A stretch of 64,000 nt of DNA from contig OZ245817.1 in assembly GCA_965228475.1 (NCBI GenBank), positions 3,200,001 through 3,264,000 on the forward strand. Reading direction: 5' to 3'. This document shows, one piece after another, positions 29,180 to 39,267 of this stretch. The first letter of the stretch is position 1; the number at the start of each line of letters is the position of its first letter. The notes beneath the pieces were generated by a model. It did no database searches and had not been told where the DNA came from. It saw nothing but the letters and a program-made list of their open reading frames with translations. The position numbers were made by a program, and so were the translations under genes. This DNA is from Myxococcota bacterium. Lineage in GTDB: Bacteria; Myxococcota_A; UBA9160; JAFDDA01.

Positions 29180-31390
29180 ATGCTCGCTCGAATCGCTTGG
29201 AGTGTCGTCGCCTTCTTCCTGGCCGAGAGCTCGGCTGCAGTGACCCTGACGGTGACGGCGGACAATCAGACCGGCTACGTGAAGGAGAGCGCGCAGGGAA
29301 CGGGCGTTGGCGACTACACGGATACAACCGCCGTGGACGTCGGAGATCGCTCGACCCATCAGCGCCTGTACGGAATTCTCTCCTTCGACACCTCCGGGCT
29401 GCCCACCGGAGCTGTGATCGAATCCGTCACCCTCGACCTCCGATACGTCTACGAGGCCGGCGACCCCTTCGGTTCGCTGGGTGACCTGCTGCTGGACGGC
29501 TTTCGCGGCTCCCTCGGCGCAAACGAACTTCTTCAGAGCAACGACTTCGAGGCCGACGTCGGCGGCGAGGGAGACGGCTTCCTGACGATCGGCGACCCGG
29601 GAAGCCCGACCGTCGACTTCGACGAGGACTTCGGCAGCGTCGGCCTCGAGCTCATCAACGATGCCGCAAAGACGCAGTTCCGACTCCGATTCGACGGAGA
29701 GGACTTCGAGACCCCTGGCGCCCAGGACCGCGCCTCCTTCGCCGCCTCGGGTTCCGGAGCCCCGACGCTCGAAATCGAGTACCGAACCGGAGAAGACGTG
29801 CCCGGATTCGTCCCCCCGGACTACGAGGAAGGAGCCTTCGAAGTCGACGTGACGCTTCCGGCCTGCGACGGCAGCGCGCACATCATCGACACCACGGAGA
29901 CCAATTGGTCGAACGTGCCCTGGAGCACGAAGGACGTCTTCTGCATCAAACCGGGCGACTACTCGTCATTGGGGACGCTAGAACTCCACACGGTCTCCGG
30001 CTCGGCCACGACGAGAAAGTTCTTGCGTTACTACGATCCGAGCGATTCCGACCCCGAGCACCCGGTGGTCCGTGCGGACACGAGCGCCAACGAGGCGGTC
30101 GTCGAAGCATTGGAACTGGATGAATCCGACTACTGGACGTTCGATGGCATCACGATCCGCGATAGCCCGAAGGCGGCGAACTTCCTTCTCGACTCCTCGC
30201 ACAACGTGATCAACCGGGTTTTCTTCGACGACACGCAGGGCGACTCGCTCATCATCCAGAACGACTCGGACGGGAACGTGGTGCAGAACAGCGTCTTCCG
30301 AGACGATGACGGCGGCTACGAGTCCGACAGCGTATGCGTGCTGCTCGACGGCCTCGGGCCCGGGGCGGCAGACCCGGACCGAGAGCTCGAAGACACATGG
30401 ATTGCTCAGAACGAGTTCATCAACTGCAGCGACGGAATCACCCTCCACAAGCAGCCAAACGAGACGGGTGCCTGGGTTCCCGGGACGGTCATCGCGGACA
30501 ACGACATCTACCTTACCGACGTGGTCTATTCGGAATGCGATGGCGCCTTCGGTTTCCAAGACGGTGTGAGCAACGTCAAGAACGGCGCGTGCGCCTGCGC
30601 TGAGAACGGGATCGATGTCAAGATTGCCGTCCAAGCGAGCGACTTGGGCGACAACGACAAGCGTGTCCGGATCGAGAACAACCGGATCTGGGGCTACCGC
30701 CACACCGACGATAGCCAGGATGCGGGAGAGGACATCTGTTCATCCGGTAGCTTTGGGGACGCGATCGTGATCCATACCGACGCCGAAGGTGTCATCGTGC
30801 GCGGTAACATCATCTGGGATTCGCCTCGCGCTGTGACGGGCAGCGGACTTGGCGGCCACTTTGTCGTCAACAACCTGATCGCCGAGGGAAGAGACTGCCA
30901 CGAAGACACGGACGGGCTGAACGACTGTTTCCCGGACCGAGGGTATGGAATATCGGTCTTCGCTGCGGGAGACAACGTCGTCTACGGAAACACGGTCGCA
31001 GGAATGGGGGATCGCTGGGCGGTCATCACCGATGGGGACTCGGGCAGCCCGAACTCTTTCGAATGCAACGCCATGATCGACGCCAAGAACTGGGCGAACA
31101 GCGACTCAGAGAACATCTCAATGTGGAATGCCTTCCACAACGTTCGGCAGCCGAACGGTGCCAGCGAGTACTGCCCGACCCAAGCTGTCCCGCTTGTCGA
31201 CTGCGAAAGTATTTCCACCAGCGAAACGAGCCCGCATGCATCCTATACATTTCATATCAAGCGATGGACTGGGCCGGACGTGATGACCCTGGACAACGCC
31301 GTTCGGACCAAAGACACCCCGAACCACACCGACGAGGGCCACACGACCGCGGACTGTGACCACGAGGACTCGGGACACCCTTGGAACTGA
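29180..31390 (+). CDS. Secreted acidic protein: DNRLRE/CBM96-like N-domain plus right-handed beta-helix (pectin lyase-like) domain
   Basis: Signal peptide; ILSFDTSGLPTGAVIESVTLDL; PbH1-like repeats (VVQNSVF, IADNDIY, IENNRIW, VRGNIIW, VVNNLI, VYGNTV). Confidence 0.7.
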   Translation: MLARIAWSVVAFFLAESSAAVTLTVTADNQTGYVKESAQGTGVGDYTDTTAVDVGDRSTHQRLYGILSFDTSGLPTGAVIESVTLDLRYVYEAGDPFGSLGDLLLDGFRGSLGANELLQSNDFEADVGGEGDGFLTIGDPGSPTVDFDEDFGSVGLELINDAAKTQFRLRFDGEDFETPGAQDRASFAASGSGAPTLEIEYRTGEDVPGFVPPDYEEGAFEVDVTLPACDGSAHIIDTTETNWSNVPWSTKDVFCIKPGDYSSLGTLELHTVSGSATTRKFLRYYDPSDSDPEHPVVRADTSANEAVVEALELDESDYWTFDGITIRDSPKAANFLLDSSHNVINRVFFDDTQGDSLIIQNDSDGNVVQNSVFRDDDGGYESDSVCVLLDGLGPGAADPDRELEDTWIAQNEFINCSDGITLHKQPNETGAWVPGTVIADNDIYLTDVVYSECDGAFGFQDGVSNVKNGACACAENGIDVKIAVQASDLGDNDKRVRIENNRIWGYRHTDDSQDAGEDICSSGSFGDAIVIHTDAEGVIVRGNIIWDSPRAVTGSGLGGHFVVNNLIAEGRDCHEDTDGLNDCFPDRGYGISVFAAGDNVVYGNTVAGMGDRWAVITDGDSGSPNSFECNAMIDAKNWANSDSENISMWNAFHNVRQPNGASEYCPTQAVPLVDCESISTSETSPHASYTFHIKRWTGPDVMTLDNAVRTKDTPNHTDEGHTTADCDHEDSGHPWN

Positions 31391-31406
31391 GGGGCGGCTG
31401 GGCGGG

Positions 31407-31730
31407 TCAGACCTGCTCTTCGGCCCAGTCGCCCACGACGGGGAGCTTGAAGCGCTCGTTCTGGAAGGCCTTCACCATGAGCACGACCCAGAGGATCAGG
31501 CTCACCGGTGCCAGCAGCAGGCTGATCGCCCAGCCGATGAGCGGCACGAAGCCCGCGCAGGCCGAGATCACGAAGATCGCGCCGAAGGTCGCGGTGCTCT
31601 GGTAGGCGTGGAAGCGGACCGAGTCGTCGTCCTTCTCGAGGATCAGGAAGATGACGCCGGTGATGAAGCCGAGCAGGTAGCAGAGCGCTCCGGCGATGTT
31701 CGAGTCGAGGCCTGTCGAGGATTCGCTCAC
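31407..31730 (-). CDS. DUF4870 family membrane protein
   Basis: GALCYLLGFITG, VRFHAYQS, FKLPVVG. Confidence 0.85.
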   Translation of the reverse strand: MSESSTGLDSNIAGALCYLLGFITGVIFLILEKDDDSVRFHAYQSTATFGAIFVISACAGFVPLIGWAISLLLAPVSLILWVVLMVKAFQNERFKLPVVGDWAEEQV

Positions 31731-32677
31731 GGATGGTCTCCTTCGGACGCGTCACGCGCCTCCCCTTCAAAGTAGAAAGGATGCCGCGACTTCCCCAGCC
31801 AATCCGCGGGCACGGGGAGGTCGAGCCAGGAAAGCACGGTGGCGGCGGTATCGACCGTCTGCACCCGCGGGATCGTGCCGCCCGTCGGCACGCCGGGCCC
31901 CCAGGCGATCCACGGGATCTCGACGTCGGCGGGTGAGGCCCCGCCGTGCCGCAGCCCGCTCCCTCCGTGGTCGCTCGTCACGAGAATCCGGGCGCGCCCC
32001 TCCCACTCGTCGAGCAGCTCCTCGAGGAACTCGCCCAGGGCCGCGTCGATGGCCTCGATGGCCGAGCGCTGCTCCGGGCTCCCCCACCCGAAGCGGTGCC
32101 CCGCGGCGTCGACCTCGGCCACGTGCACCATCACGAAGTGGGGCTGCTCCTCGTCGGCGTAGTCGAGGGCGGCCTCGAACACGGCCTCCGCCCGCGGGGC
32201 CAGCCCGTAGCGCTCGACCCCGGGCTCGCCCCGGGCGAAGTGGGCGAACTTCTCCTTGGCCGCGAACAGGCCGCAGCGCATCCCCACCCGCGAGCAGTGG
32301 GTGAAGACGGTCTCGACGCCGATCTCGAACCCGCCCTCCCAGCGGTTCCAGAGCACCTTGTGCCGCTCCGGGCCCACGCCGGAGAGCATGCTCGTGTGGG
32401 AGGGCAAGGTCAGGCTCGGGACGGTGGTCATCGCCTTCTCGGCGCGGGTCCCCTCCCGGGCGAGGCGGTCGAGGGTCGGCGTCTCGGCCCGGGCGAGCAC
32501 CCGCGGCGCCAGGCCGTCCACGGAGACCAGCAGCACGAGCCGCTCGGCCGCCGGCCCGCGGCTCGGAAAGCCCGTCCGATCGAGCCCGGTCGGGGCAGCG
32601 GGCGGCGGGGGCGGCCGGCTCCCGCAGCCCACGGCCAGGCCGGCCAGGAGGAGCCCGGCGAGGGCCCACCCCCGCAA
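31727..32677 (-). CDS. Alkaline phosphatase superfamily lipoprotein (nucleotide pyrophosphatase/phosphodiesterase)
   Basis: Lipobox LAVGC; SVDGL, TLPSH, DAAGH, SDHG, HG all intact; start estimated. Confidence 0.85.
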   Translation of the reverse strand: MRGWALAGLLLAGLAVGCGSRPPPPPAAPTGLDRTGFPSRGPAAERLVLLVSVDGLAPRVLARAETPTLDRLAREGTRAEKAMTTVPSLTLPSHTSMLSGVGPERHKVLWNRWEGGFEIGVETVFTHCSRVGMRCGLFAAKEKFAHFARGEPGVERYGLAPRAEAVFEAALDYADEEQPHFVMVHVAEVDAAGHRFGWGSPEQRSAIEAIDAALGEFLEELLDEWEGRARILVTSDHGGSGLRHGGASPADVEIPWIAWGPGVPTGGTIPRVQTVDTAATVLSWLDLPVPADWLGKSRHPFYFEGEARDASEGDHP

Positions 32678-32807
32678 GCGGCCGGAGCCGGACGCTGTGT
32701 TACACAAGGAGCGCTCCGACGGAGCCCCCTGGCGGAGCCAGCGCGGGCCCCGCCGAAACCGCCAACCCGACGGCCCTCTGGACGGCCCACGCGAAGAAAC
32801 AGGAACC

Positions 32808-33974
32808 ATGCCGATCTCCACCAAAGCCTTCTCGATCTCCGCCCCCGACATCGAAGCCGAAAAAGCCCGCGTGGGCGGCGACCTCGACGCCGTCGAGTTC
32901 TCCCGCGTGCTCAAGATCGACGACCTCGAGCTGCGCGACGTCGGCCCGAAGGACGTCCACATGCGCGTCCTCGCGGCGTCGGCCGAGCACAACGTCGACC
33001 ACGCCGTCCTCGCGGACACCGTGAACATCGTAGAAGCCCGGGGCGGCAAGATCTATCCCGGCAACAGCGCCCTCGGCGAGGTCCTCGAGGTCGGCGCCGA
33101 GGTCACGCGCTTCAAGCCCGGCGACATCGTCATCACCCACTGCAATGGCGAGTCCGACAAGTACGGCTTCCCGCTGCGCATCTGGGGCTACGACCAGCCC
33201 GACTCGATCGGCTGGTACGGCAAGGAAGCCGTCGTCGGCGACTGGCAGCTCATCCAGGCCCCGGTGGATTGCGGCCTCTCGCTCTGGGAGATCGCGGCCC
33301 TCCCCCTCCGCGCGCCCACGGCCTACCACCTCTGGCGCCGCGCGATCGGCATCTACCGCCTCAAGGTGAGCGAGGCCGACCACCCGAGCCTGAACGTGCT
33401 CGGCTTCGGCGGCGGCGTCTCGGAGCTCTTCCTCATGCAGGCCAAGGCCGCCGGCCACCGCGCCCTCTTCTGCTCGGGCAGCCCGGCCCGCCGCAAGAAG
33501 CTCGAGGAGATGGGCATCGAAGGCATCGACCAGAAGGCCTTCAATCGCTTCAAGGACAAGGGCGACGTGAAGGCGTTCAACAAGGAGGTGAAGACCCTCA
33601 CCGACGGCGAAGGCGCGCACATCGTCTGCGACATGCTGCGCGGCCCGGTCTTCCCGGCCGGCTTCGCCGTGATGGGCCGCCAGGGCGTGAACGTCTCGGC
33701 GGGCTGGCAGCTCTCCCAGGTGATCGAATACAACACCACGATCGCCTCGGTGAAGCAGATGACCCTCGACCACACCCACTACGAAACGATCCCGTTCTGC
33801 GAAGAGGCGACCGCGCTCTACGGCTCGGTCTACAAGCCGGCGATCCACGACGAGATCTACCCCTTCGAGGACCTCCCGCGCTGCATGGCCGAGATGTACG
33901 AGAACACCCAGACGGGCGTTCCGATCGTGCGCATCGCGGACGAGATGCCGGATTCCGTGAAGGGAATCCTCTAG
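32808..33974 (+). CDS. Divergent MDR enoyl-CoA reductase, crotonyl-CoA carboxylase/reductase-like
   Basis: GDIVITHCN, RIWGYD, PTAYH, HTHY resemble Ccr motifs; EMC pathway context. Confidence 0.6.
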   Translation: MPISTKAFSISAPDIEAEKARVGGDLDAVEFSRVLKIDDLELRDVGPKDVHMRVLAASAEHNVDHAVLADTVNIVEARGGKIYPGNSALGEVLEVGAEVTRFKPGDIVITHCNGESDKYGFPLRIWGYDQPDSIGWYGKEAVVGDWQLIQAPVDCGLSLWEIAALPLRAPTAYHLWRRAIGIYRLKVSEADHPSLNVLGFGGGVSELFLMQAKAAGHRALFCSGSPARRKKLEEMGIEGIDQKAFNRFKDKGDVKAFNKEVKTLTDGEGAHIVCDMLRGPVFPAGFAVMGRQGVNVSAGWQLSQVIEYNTTIASVKQMTLDHTHYETIPFCEEATALYGSVYKPAIHDEIYPFEDLPRCMAEMYENTQTGVPIVRIADEMPDSVKGIL

Positions 33975-33993
33975 CGCCGCGGCGCGAATCGTC

Positions 33994-34021
33994 TCCCGCC
34001 GGCGGTTTGCCGCCGGCGGGA
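33994..34021. other. Perfect 12-bp-stem hairpin between ccr-like and CoA-transferase genes
   Basis: TCCCGCCGGCGG-TTTG-CCGCCGGCGGGA, no U tract. Confidence 0.6.
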
Positions 34022-34133
34022 AAACGTCATAACGTCCGCACCCTTAGCCGCCTGCGCCCCGCGCGGGGGGCGGTGCCCCGTTCGCTGGGACGCCTCGCCC
34101 GGCGGGCCCCAGCGAACCCTCCGGAGCCACACC

Positions 34134-35393
34134 ATGCGCAGCAAAGAAGAGCTCGATCAGTTCATCGCCGCCCAGCGGGAGAAGGCCGCCTTCGAAGGGC
34201 TCCCGCTCGAGGGCAAGCGCGTGCTCGACATGTCGACGATCGTCGCCGCGCCCTACGCCGCCGCCATGCTCGGCGACGCCGGGGCCGACGTGATCAAGAT
34301 CGAGAACCCGCGCGTCCCCGACGGCCTGCGAAACTGGAGCACGCTCTCGGAGCTCGGCATCGAGCCCTACCACTCGGTGATCGGCCGCAACAAGTTCCCG
34401 GTCACGATCAACCTGAAGGCCGACGAAGGCAAGACGATCTTCACCGAGCTGATCAAGAACTCCGACGTGCTGATCGAGAACATGCGCGTCGGTGCCATGG
34501 ATCGCCTCGGCTTCTCGACGGACGAACTCCTCCGCATCAACCCCGGGCTCATCATCGGCAAGGTCTCGGGCTACGGCATGACGGGCCCGAAGAACCAGCA
34601 GCCCGGCTTCGGCACCCTCGCCGAGGCCTACAGCGGCTTCTCCTACCTGAACGGCAGCAAGGACCGCGGCCCGCTGAGCCCGCCCCACGCCCTCGCGGAC
34701 CTCACCACGGGCATCCACCTCGCCTACGCCATCAGCCTCGGATTCGTGAACCAGGAGCGCGGCGTGAAGGGCGGCCAGGTGATCGACATCTCCCTCTACG
34801 AGCCGCTGTTCGGCTACTTCGGCGGCGAGTACCTCGGCTACAAGCTGACCGGCGAGGTCCCGGAGCCGATCGGCAACGAGCTGCGCTCGGCCGCGCCGCG
34901 CAGCGTCTACCGCACGAAGGACGGCAAGTGGATCGCGCTGTCCTGCTCGGCGCAGAAGCCCTGGGAGAACCTCGCCAAGCTGATGGAGCAGGAGGAGCTG
35001 ATCGAGGACCCGCGCTTCGTCACCAACAACGACCGCATCGCGAACCGCGAGGTGCTGAACGAGATCATCCAGGAGTGGCACTCCGGGCGCACCGAGGACG
35101 AAGCCCTCGAGGTCTTCCAGAAGGAAGGCATCACCGCCGGCCCGATCCTGACCATGAAGGACATCGACGAAGACGCGCACTACCGCGAGCGCGGCTCCTT
35201 CGTGACGATGGAAGACCCGGCCACGGGCATCGAGCTGCAGATGCCGAACCTGCCCTTCCGCATGCTCGGCCAGCCGACGAAGTTCCGCTTCCCGGGCCTG
35301 CCCCACGGCTCGGCCAACGACCACGTCTACGGCGAGCTGCTCGGCTACTCCCAGGCGCAGATCGACGAACTACGAGAAAAGGGCGCGATCTAG
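34134..35393 (+). CDS. Family III CoA-transferase (CaiB/BaiF), dicarboxylate (malate/mesaconate)-type candidate
   Basis: [32 protein letters not shown], catalytic Asp in ALADLTTG. Confidence 0.88.
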   Translation: MRSKEELDQFIAAQREKAAFEGLPLEGKRVLDMSTIVAAPYAAAMLGDAGADVIKIENPRVPDGLRNWSTLSELGIEPYHSVIGRNKFPVTINLKADEGKTIFTELIKNSDVLIENMRVGAMDRLGFSTDELLRINPGLIIGKVSGYGMTGPKNQQPGFGTLAEAYSGFSYLNGSKDRGPLSPPHALADLTTGIHLAYAISLGFVNQERGVKGGQVIDISLYEPLFGYFGGEYLGYKLTGEVPEPIGNELRSAAPRSVYRTKDGKWIALSCSAQKPWENLAKLMEQEELIEDPRFVTNNDRIANREVLNEIIQEWHSGRTEDEALEVFQKEGITAGPILTMKDIDEDAHYRERGSFVTMEDPATGIELQMPNLPFRMLGQPTKFRFPGLPHGSANDHVYGELLGYSQAQIDELREKGAI

Positions 35394-35418
35394 CGCGCAC
35401 CGCTTCGAGGAGACCCCC

Positions 35419-36468
35419 ATGCGAAACCCCAAGGACTTCTTCCAGCCCAAGGCGATCGGCGCGCCCGAGCCCCTGCGCGAGATCCCCTTCCGCCCCTCGC
35501 GGATGATCCACTTCTTCGACCCTTCGAACCCGAAGATGGCGGCCAAGGTGCCGGACATCGCGAAGAAGGTGGACGTGATCCTCGGCAACCTCGAGGACGC
35601 CATCCAGGTCGACAACAAGGTCGCGGCCCGCGAGGGCCTCGCGAAGATCGGCCGCGAGACCGACTTCGGCGACACCCAGCTCTGGACGCGCGTGAACAGC
35701 CTCGACAGCCCGTGGCTGCTCGACGACCTCACGCTCCTCGTCCAGGAGATCGGCGACAAGCTCGACGTGATCATGGTCCCGAAGGTCGAAGGCCCCTGGG
35801 ACATCCACTACGTCGATCAGCTCCTCGCCCAGCTCGAGGCCAAGGCCGGGCTCACGAAGCCGCTCCTCGTCCACGCCATCCTCGAGACCCACCAGGGCGT
35901 GTGCAACGTCGAAGAGATCTGCGGCGCGAGCCCGCGCATGCAGGGCCTCTCCTTCGGCCCGGCGGACCTCGCGGCCAGCCGCCGCATGAAGACGACGCGC
36001 GTCGGCGGCGGCCACCCGGGCTACATCGTGCGCACCGACCCGGACCCGGACGACGAGAACGCCCCGCGCATCACCGCCCAGCAGGACCCGTGGCACTACA
36101 CGCTCGCGCGCATGGTCGACGCCTGCACCGCCCACGGGATCTTCCCGTACTACGGCCCGTTCGGGGACATCAAGGACGTGCTCGCCTGCGAAGACCAGTT
36201 CCGCGCGGCGTTCCTGCTCGGCTGCGTGGGCGCGTGGTCGCTCCACCCGGTGCAGATCGACGTCGCGAAGAAGGTCTTCAGCCCCGCGATCGACGAGGTG
36301 CTCTGGGCCAAGCGCGTGATCGAAGAGATGGGCGACGGCTCGGGCGCCGTGATGATCGACGGCAAGATGCAGGACGACGCCACCGTCAAGCAGTGCAAGG
36401 TGATGGTCGAGCTCGCCCGCGCCCTCTCCGAGAAGGACGCGGAGCTGAAGGAAGCGTACGGCTTCTAG
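35419..36468 (+). CDS. mcl: Malyl-CoA/beta-methylmalyl-CoA/citramalyl-CoA lyase (Chloroflexus/actinobacterial type)
   Basis: [55 protein letters not shown] closely recall Chloroflexus Mcl. Confidence 0.88.
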   Translation: MRNPKDFFQPKAIGAPEPLREIPFRPSRMIHFFDPSNPKMAAKVPDIAKKVDVILGNLEDAIQVDNKVAAREGLAKIGRETDFGDTQLWTRVNSLDSPWLLDDLTLLVQEIGDKLDVIMVPKVEGPWDIHYVDQLLAQLEAKAGLTKPLLVHAILETHQGVCNVEEICGASPRMQGLSFGPADLAASRRMKTTRVGGGHPGYIVRTDPDPDDENAPRITAQQDPWHYTLARMVDACTAHGIFPYYGPFGDIKDVLACEDQFRAAFLLGCVGAWSLHPVQIDVAKKVFSPAIDEVLWAKRVIEEMGDGSGAVMIDGKMQDDATVKQCKVMVELARALSEKDAELKEAYGF

Positions 36469-36469
36469 G

Positions 36470-37120
36470 GTGCGACGCAGCCTCCTGGCGGGATGCCTTT
36501 GCATGCTGGCGTGGGCGTGCGCCCGCCCTTCGGCCGAGGTCGAACGGGACGACTACCTCCGCCACGTCGGCGTCTCCTTCCGGGGCAACGTCTTCGCGCT
36601 TCGATTCCTCGATCACCAGATGCCGCTGCGCGTCCACCTGCCCGTCCCGCCCGACGGCATGTTCGAAGACGGCTCCGCCGTTCTCGATTCGGTGCGGGAC
36701 GGATTCACCGATTGGGCCGATGTCGCCGCGCCGGGTGTTCCGAGCTTCCGTTTCATCGAGGATCCGCGAGACGCGGAGATCCGCGTCGTGTGGGAACTCG
36801 AGCCCGATGGGTCCTGGTACATCGCCCACTGCGTGTACAACTCGAACGCGGGGACACGAACCCACAGCGTGGAACGCATCCTCGTCACCGCGCGACACCC
36901 GGACGGGTACGTCGCAGACCTGACGGACGTCTATCGGATCATGCTCCACGAGGTCGGCCACGCCCTCGGGCTCTATGGACACAGTCCGACGACGGGAGAC
37001 ATCATGCACAAGTCGGCCGGCACGGCGCAGGGACTCTCCGACCGCGACCGAAACACGCTGAAACGCCTCTACGGCCTCGGCAACGGCACGCGCATCCCGG
37101 GCGGTAAGCGAACCCGATAG
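36470..37120 (+). CDS. Matrixin (M10-like) zinc metalloprotease lipoprotein
   Basis: HEVGHALGLYGHS, Met-turn DIM, LSDRD. Confidence 0.85.
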   Translation: MRRSLLAGCLCMLAWACARPSAEVERDDYLRHVGVSFRGNVFALRFLDHQMPLRVHLPVPPDGMFEDGSAVLDSVRDGFTDWADVAAPGVPSFRFIEDPRDAEIRVVWELEPDGSWYIAHCVYNSNAGTRTHSVERILVTARHPDGYVADLTDVYRIMLHEVGHALGLYGHSPTTGDIMHKSAGTAQGLSDRDRNTLKRLYGLGNGTRIPGGKRTR

Positions 37121-37128
37121 CCTTAGCT

Positions 37129-37686
37129 GTGACCACGCTACGCACCGAGAGGCTCCTGCTGCGCCCGTGGCGCGATTCGGACCGCGAACCGTTCGCCCGG
37201 CTGAACGCAGACCCGGTGGTGATGGAACACTTCCCGGCGCCGCTCACGCGCGCGGAAAGCGATGCTTTCGTGGAACGCGTCGAGGAACACTTCGCCACGA
37301 ACGGCTGGGGACTGTGGGCCGTGGAGACGCCCGAGCACCCCTTCGCGGGTTACGTCGGTCTCTGGCCCGCCACCTTCGAGGCGCACTTCACGCCGGCGGT
37401 GGAGATCGGCTGGCGCCTGGCGCGGGAGGCCTGGGGCCGGGGCTACGCGCCCGAAGCCGCCCGCGAAGCGCTGCGCTTCGGCTTCGAGACTCTCGGACTC
37501 GACGAGATCGTTTCCTTCACCGCGACCGCGAACCACAACTCGCGGCGCGTGATGGAGAAGATCGGCCTCCGCCACGACCCGGCCGACGACTTCGACCACC
37601 CCCGCGTCCTCGACGACCCGCGCCTTTGCCGCCACGTCCTCTACCGGCTCGGGCGGGCGCACTGGCAAGACACGCGCAAGGACTGA
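37129..37686 (+). CDS. GNAT acetyltransferase, RimJ/RimL family
   Basis: TERLLLRPW, VEIGWRL, WGRGYA, SRRVMEKIG. Confidence 0.9.
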   Translation: MTTLRTERLLLRPWRDSDREPFARLNADPVVMEHFPAPLTRAESDAFVERVEEHFATNGWGLWAVETPEHPFAGYVGLWPATFEAHFTPAVEIGWRLAREAWGRGYAPEAAREALRFGFETLGLDEIVSFTATANHNSRRVMEKIGLRHDPADDFDHPRVLDDPRLCRHVLYRLGRAHWQDTRKD

Positions 37687-37728
37687 TCCGAGCGACGAAG
37701 CGCACGCGGGCCGTGATACGGTCCGGCC

Positions 37729-39267
37729 ATGTGGCCGATGCTCATGCTGTTGCTGGTACTCGCGGGGGAGTCCTGCGTCCCCGGCCTGCCGCCGCCCCAG
37801 CCGAGCGCGAGTTTCCGCCTCCCCGCGCTCCACGCCGAGCCCGACCCCGAAGCCGGCGGCCGCATCCGCGACGCCCACGGCCGGGAGGTCCTCCTGCGCG
37901 GCGTCAACGTGAACGCCTTCGTCGAGTACTGGGCGTACGACCCGGCGCTCTTCACCGTCTACCCGCTCACGCCCGAGGACGCGGACCAGATCGCCGGGAT
38001 GGGCTGGAACACCGTGAGGCTGCTCTTCAGCTGGTCGCGCGTCGAGCCGGAGCCCGGCGTCTACGACGAGACGTACCTCGACGCGCTCGCCGACGCGGTG
38101 GCGCTGCTCGAGAGCCGCGGCATCTACTCGATCCTCGACGCCCACCAGGACGCCTGGGGCCCGAGCCTCGCCGCCCCGCCCGGCACGGTCTGCCCTCCCA
38201 ACGAGACGCCCGCCTTCGGCTGGGACGGCGCGCCCGCCTGGGCCACGCTCGACGACGGTGCGCCGCGCTGCGCGCGGGGCTCGCGCGAACTCTCGAGCGC
38301 CGTCGTCACCGCCTTCGACGCCTTCTGGGCGGACGCACCCGGCCCCGGCGGCGTCGGCATCCAGACCCGCTACCTCCGCATGTGGCAGCGCGTCGTCGCA
38401 CGCCTCGCGGCTTCCGATGCCGTGGCCGGCTACGACGTCATGAACGAGCCGAACGCCTTCATCTTCGTCGGCCCGCCCCTCGATCTCACCGCCTTCTACG
38501 AACGCGCGCTCGCCGCGATCCGCGAGACCGAACGGGAGAACGAGCTGCCGCGGCGGCTCTTCTTCTTCGAGCCCTCGATCCTCTGGGCCGGCTTCGGAAT
38601 CGGCGTGCCCCTGCCCTTCGGCGACGACCAGATGGTCTATGCGCCGCACCTCTACCAGGGCGGCCTCGACGACGCGCCCCTCGACACCTCGGTCTTCGAG
38701 CAGGCCAAGGCGGAGGCCGCGACCTTCGGAGGCGTCCCGGTGCTCTCGGGCGAGTGGGGCGCCGACCCGCGGCGGGCCGCCGACCCGGGCGACGACTATT
38801 TCGATCGCCACCAGGCGCTGCAGGACGACTTCCGCTTCGGGGCGACGCTCTGGACGTGGCGCGAGGCCTGCGGCGACCCCCACAAGGCCGGGGACGTCCG
38901 CGCCGGGCGGATCCCCTACGTCTGGGGTCTCTTCGACGTGGACTGCGAGACGAACCAGGTGAACGGGCTCCGCGAGCCTCTTGCGGAAGCCCTGCGCCGT
39001 CCCCTCGTCCGGGCGGCGCCGGGCCAGCTCGATCGGGTCGCCTGGAACCGGGAGACGCGGCAGCTCGAGGTCGAAGGCTCCGGGGCCGAAGCCGGCGAGG
39101 CCTTCATCGTTTTCTACCCCGCGCGGCCGGGCGAGAGGCTCTCGCCGTCCGGAACGGGGCTCGGGACGCTGCACGCGCAGCGCAGCATCGGCGGCGGCCG
39201 TTTCGTCTTCGGCAGGACGACGGGCGGGAGCTGGAGCCTGACGGTCGAATCCTTTGAGCGGCCCTGA
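37729..39267 (+). CDS. GH5 glycoside hydrolase, endoglycoceramidase-like, secreted
   Basis: LRGVNVN, HQD, DGAPAWAT, MNEP (acid/base), APHLY, GEWG (nucleophile). Confidence 0.85.
   Translation: MWPMLMLLLVLAGESCVPGLPPPQPSASFRLPALHAEPDPEAGGRIRDAHGREVLLRGVNVNAFVEYWAYDPALFTVYPLTPEDADQIAGMGWNTVRLLFSWSRVEPEPGVYDETYLDALADAVALLESRGIYSILDAHQDAWGPSLAAPPGTVCPPNETPAFGWDGAPAWATLDDGAPRCARGSRELSSAVVTAFDAFWADAPGPGGVGIQTRYLRMWQRVVARLAASDAVAGYDVMNEPNAFIFVGPPLDLTAFYERALAAIRETERENELPRRLFFFEPSILWAGFGIGVPLPFGDDQMVYAPHLYQGGLDDAPLDTSVFEQAKAEAATFGGVPVLSGEWGADPRRAADPGDDYFDRHQALQDDFRFGATLWTWREACGDPHKAGDVRAGRIPYVWGLFDVDCETNQVNGLREPLAEALRRPLVRAAPGQLDRVAWNRETRQLEVEGSGAEAGEAFIVFYPARPGERLSPSGTGLGTLHAQRSIGGGRFVFGRTTGGSWSLTVESFERP

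Noticed and set aside
27987..36468. Autotrophic 3-hydroxypropionate bi-cycle (from Chloroflexus-like mcl, mch, CoA-transferase)
   Set aside because: No malonyl-CoA reductase or propionyl-CoA synthase here; ecm and a ccr-like gene favour the EMC route.
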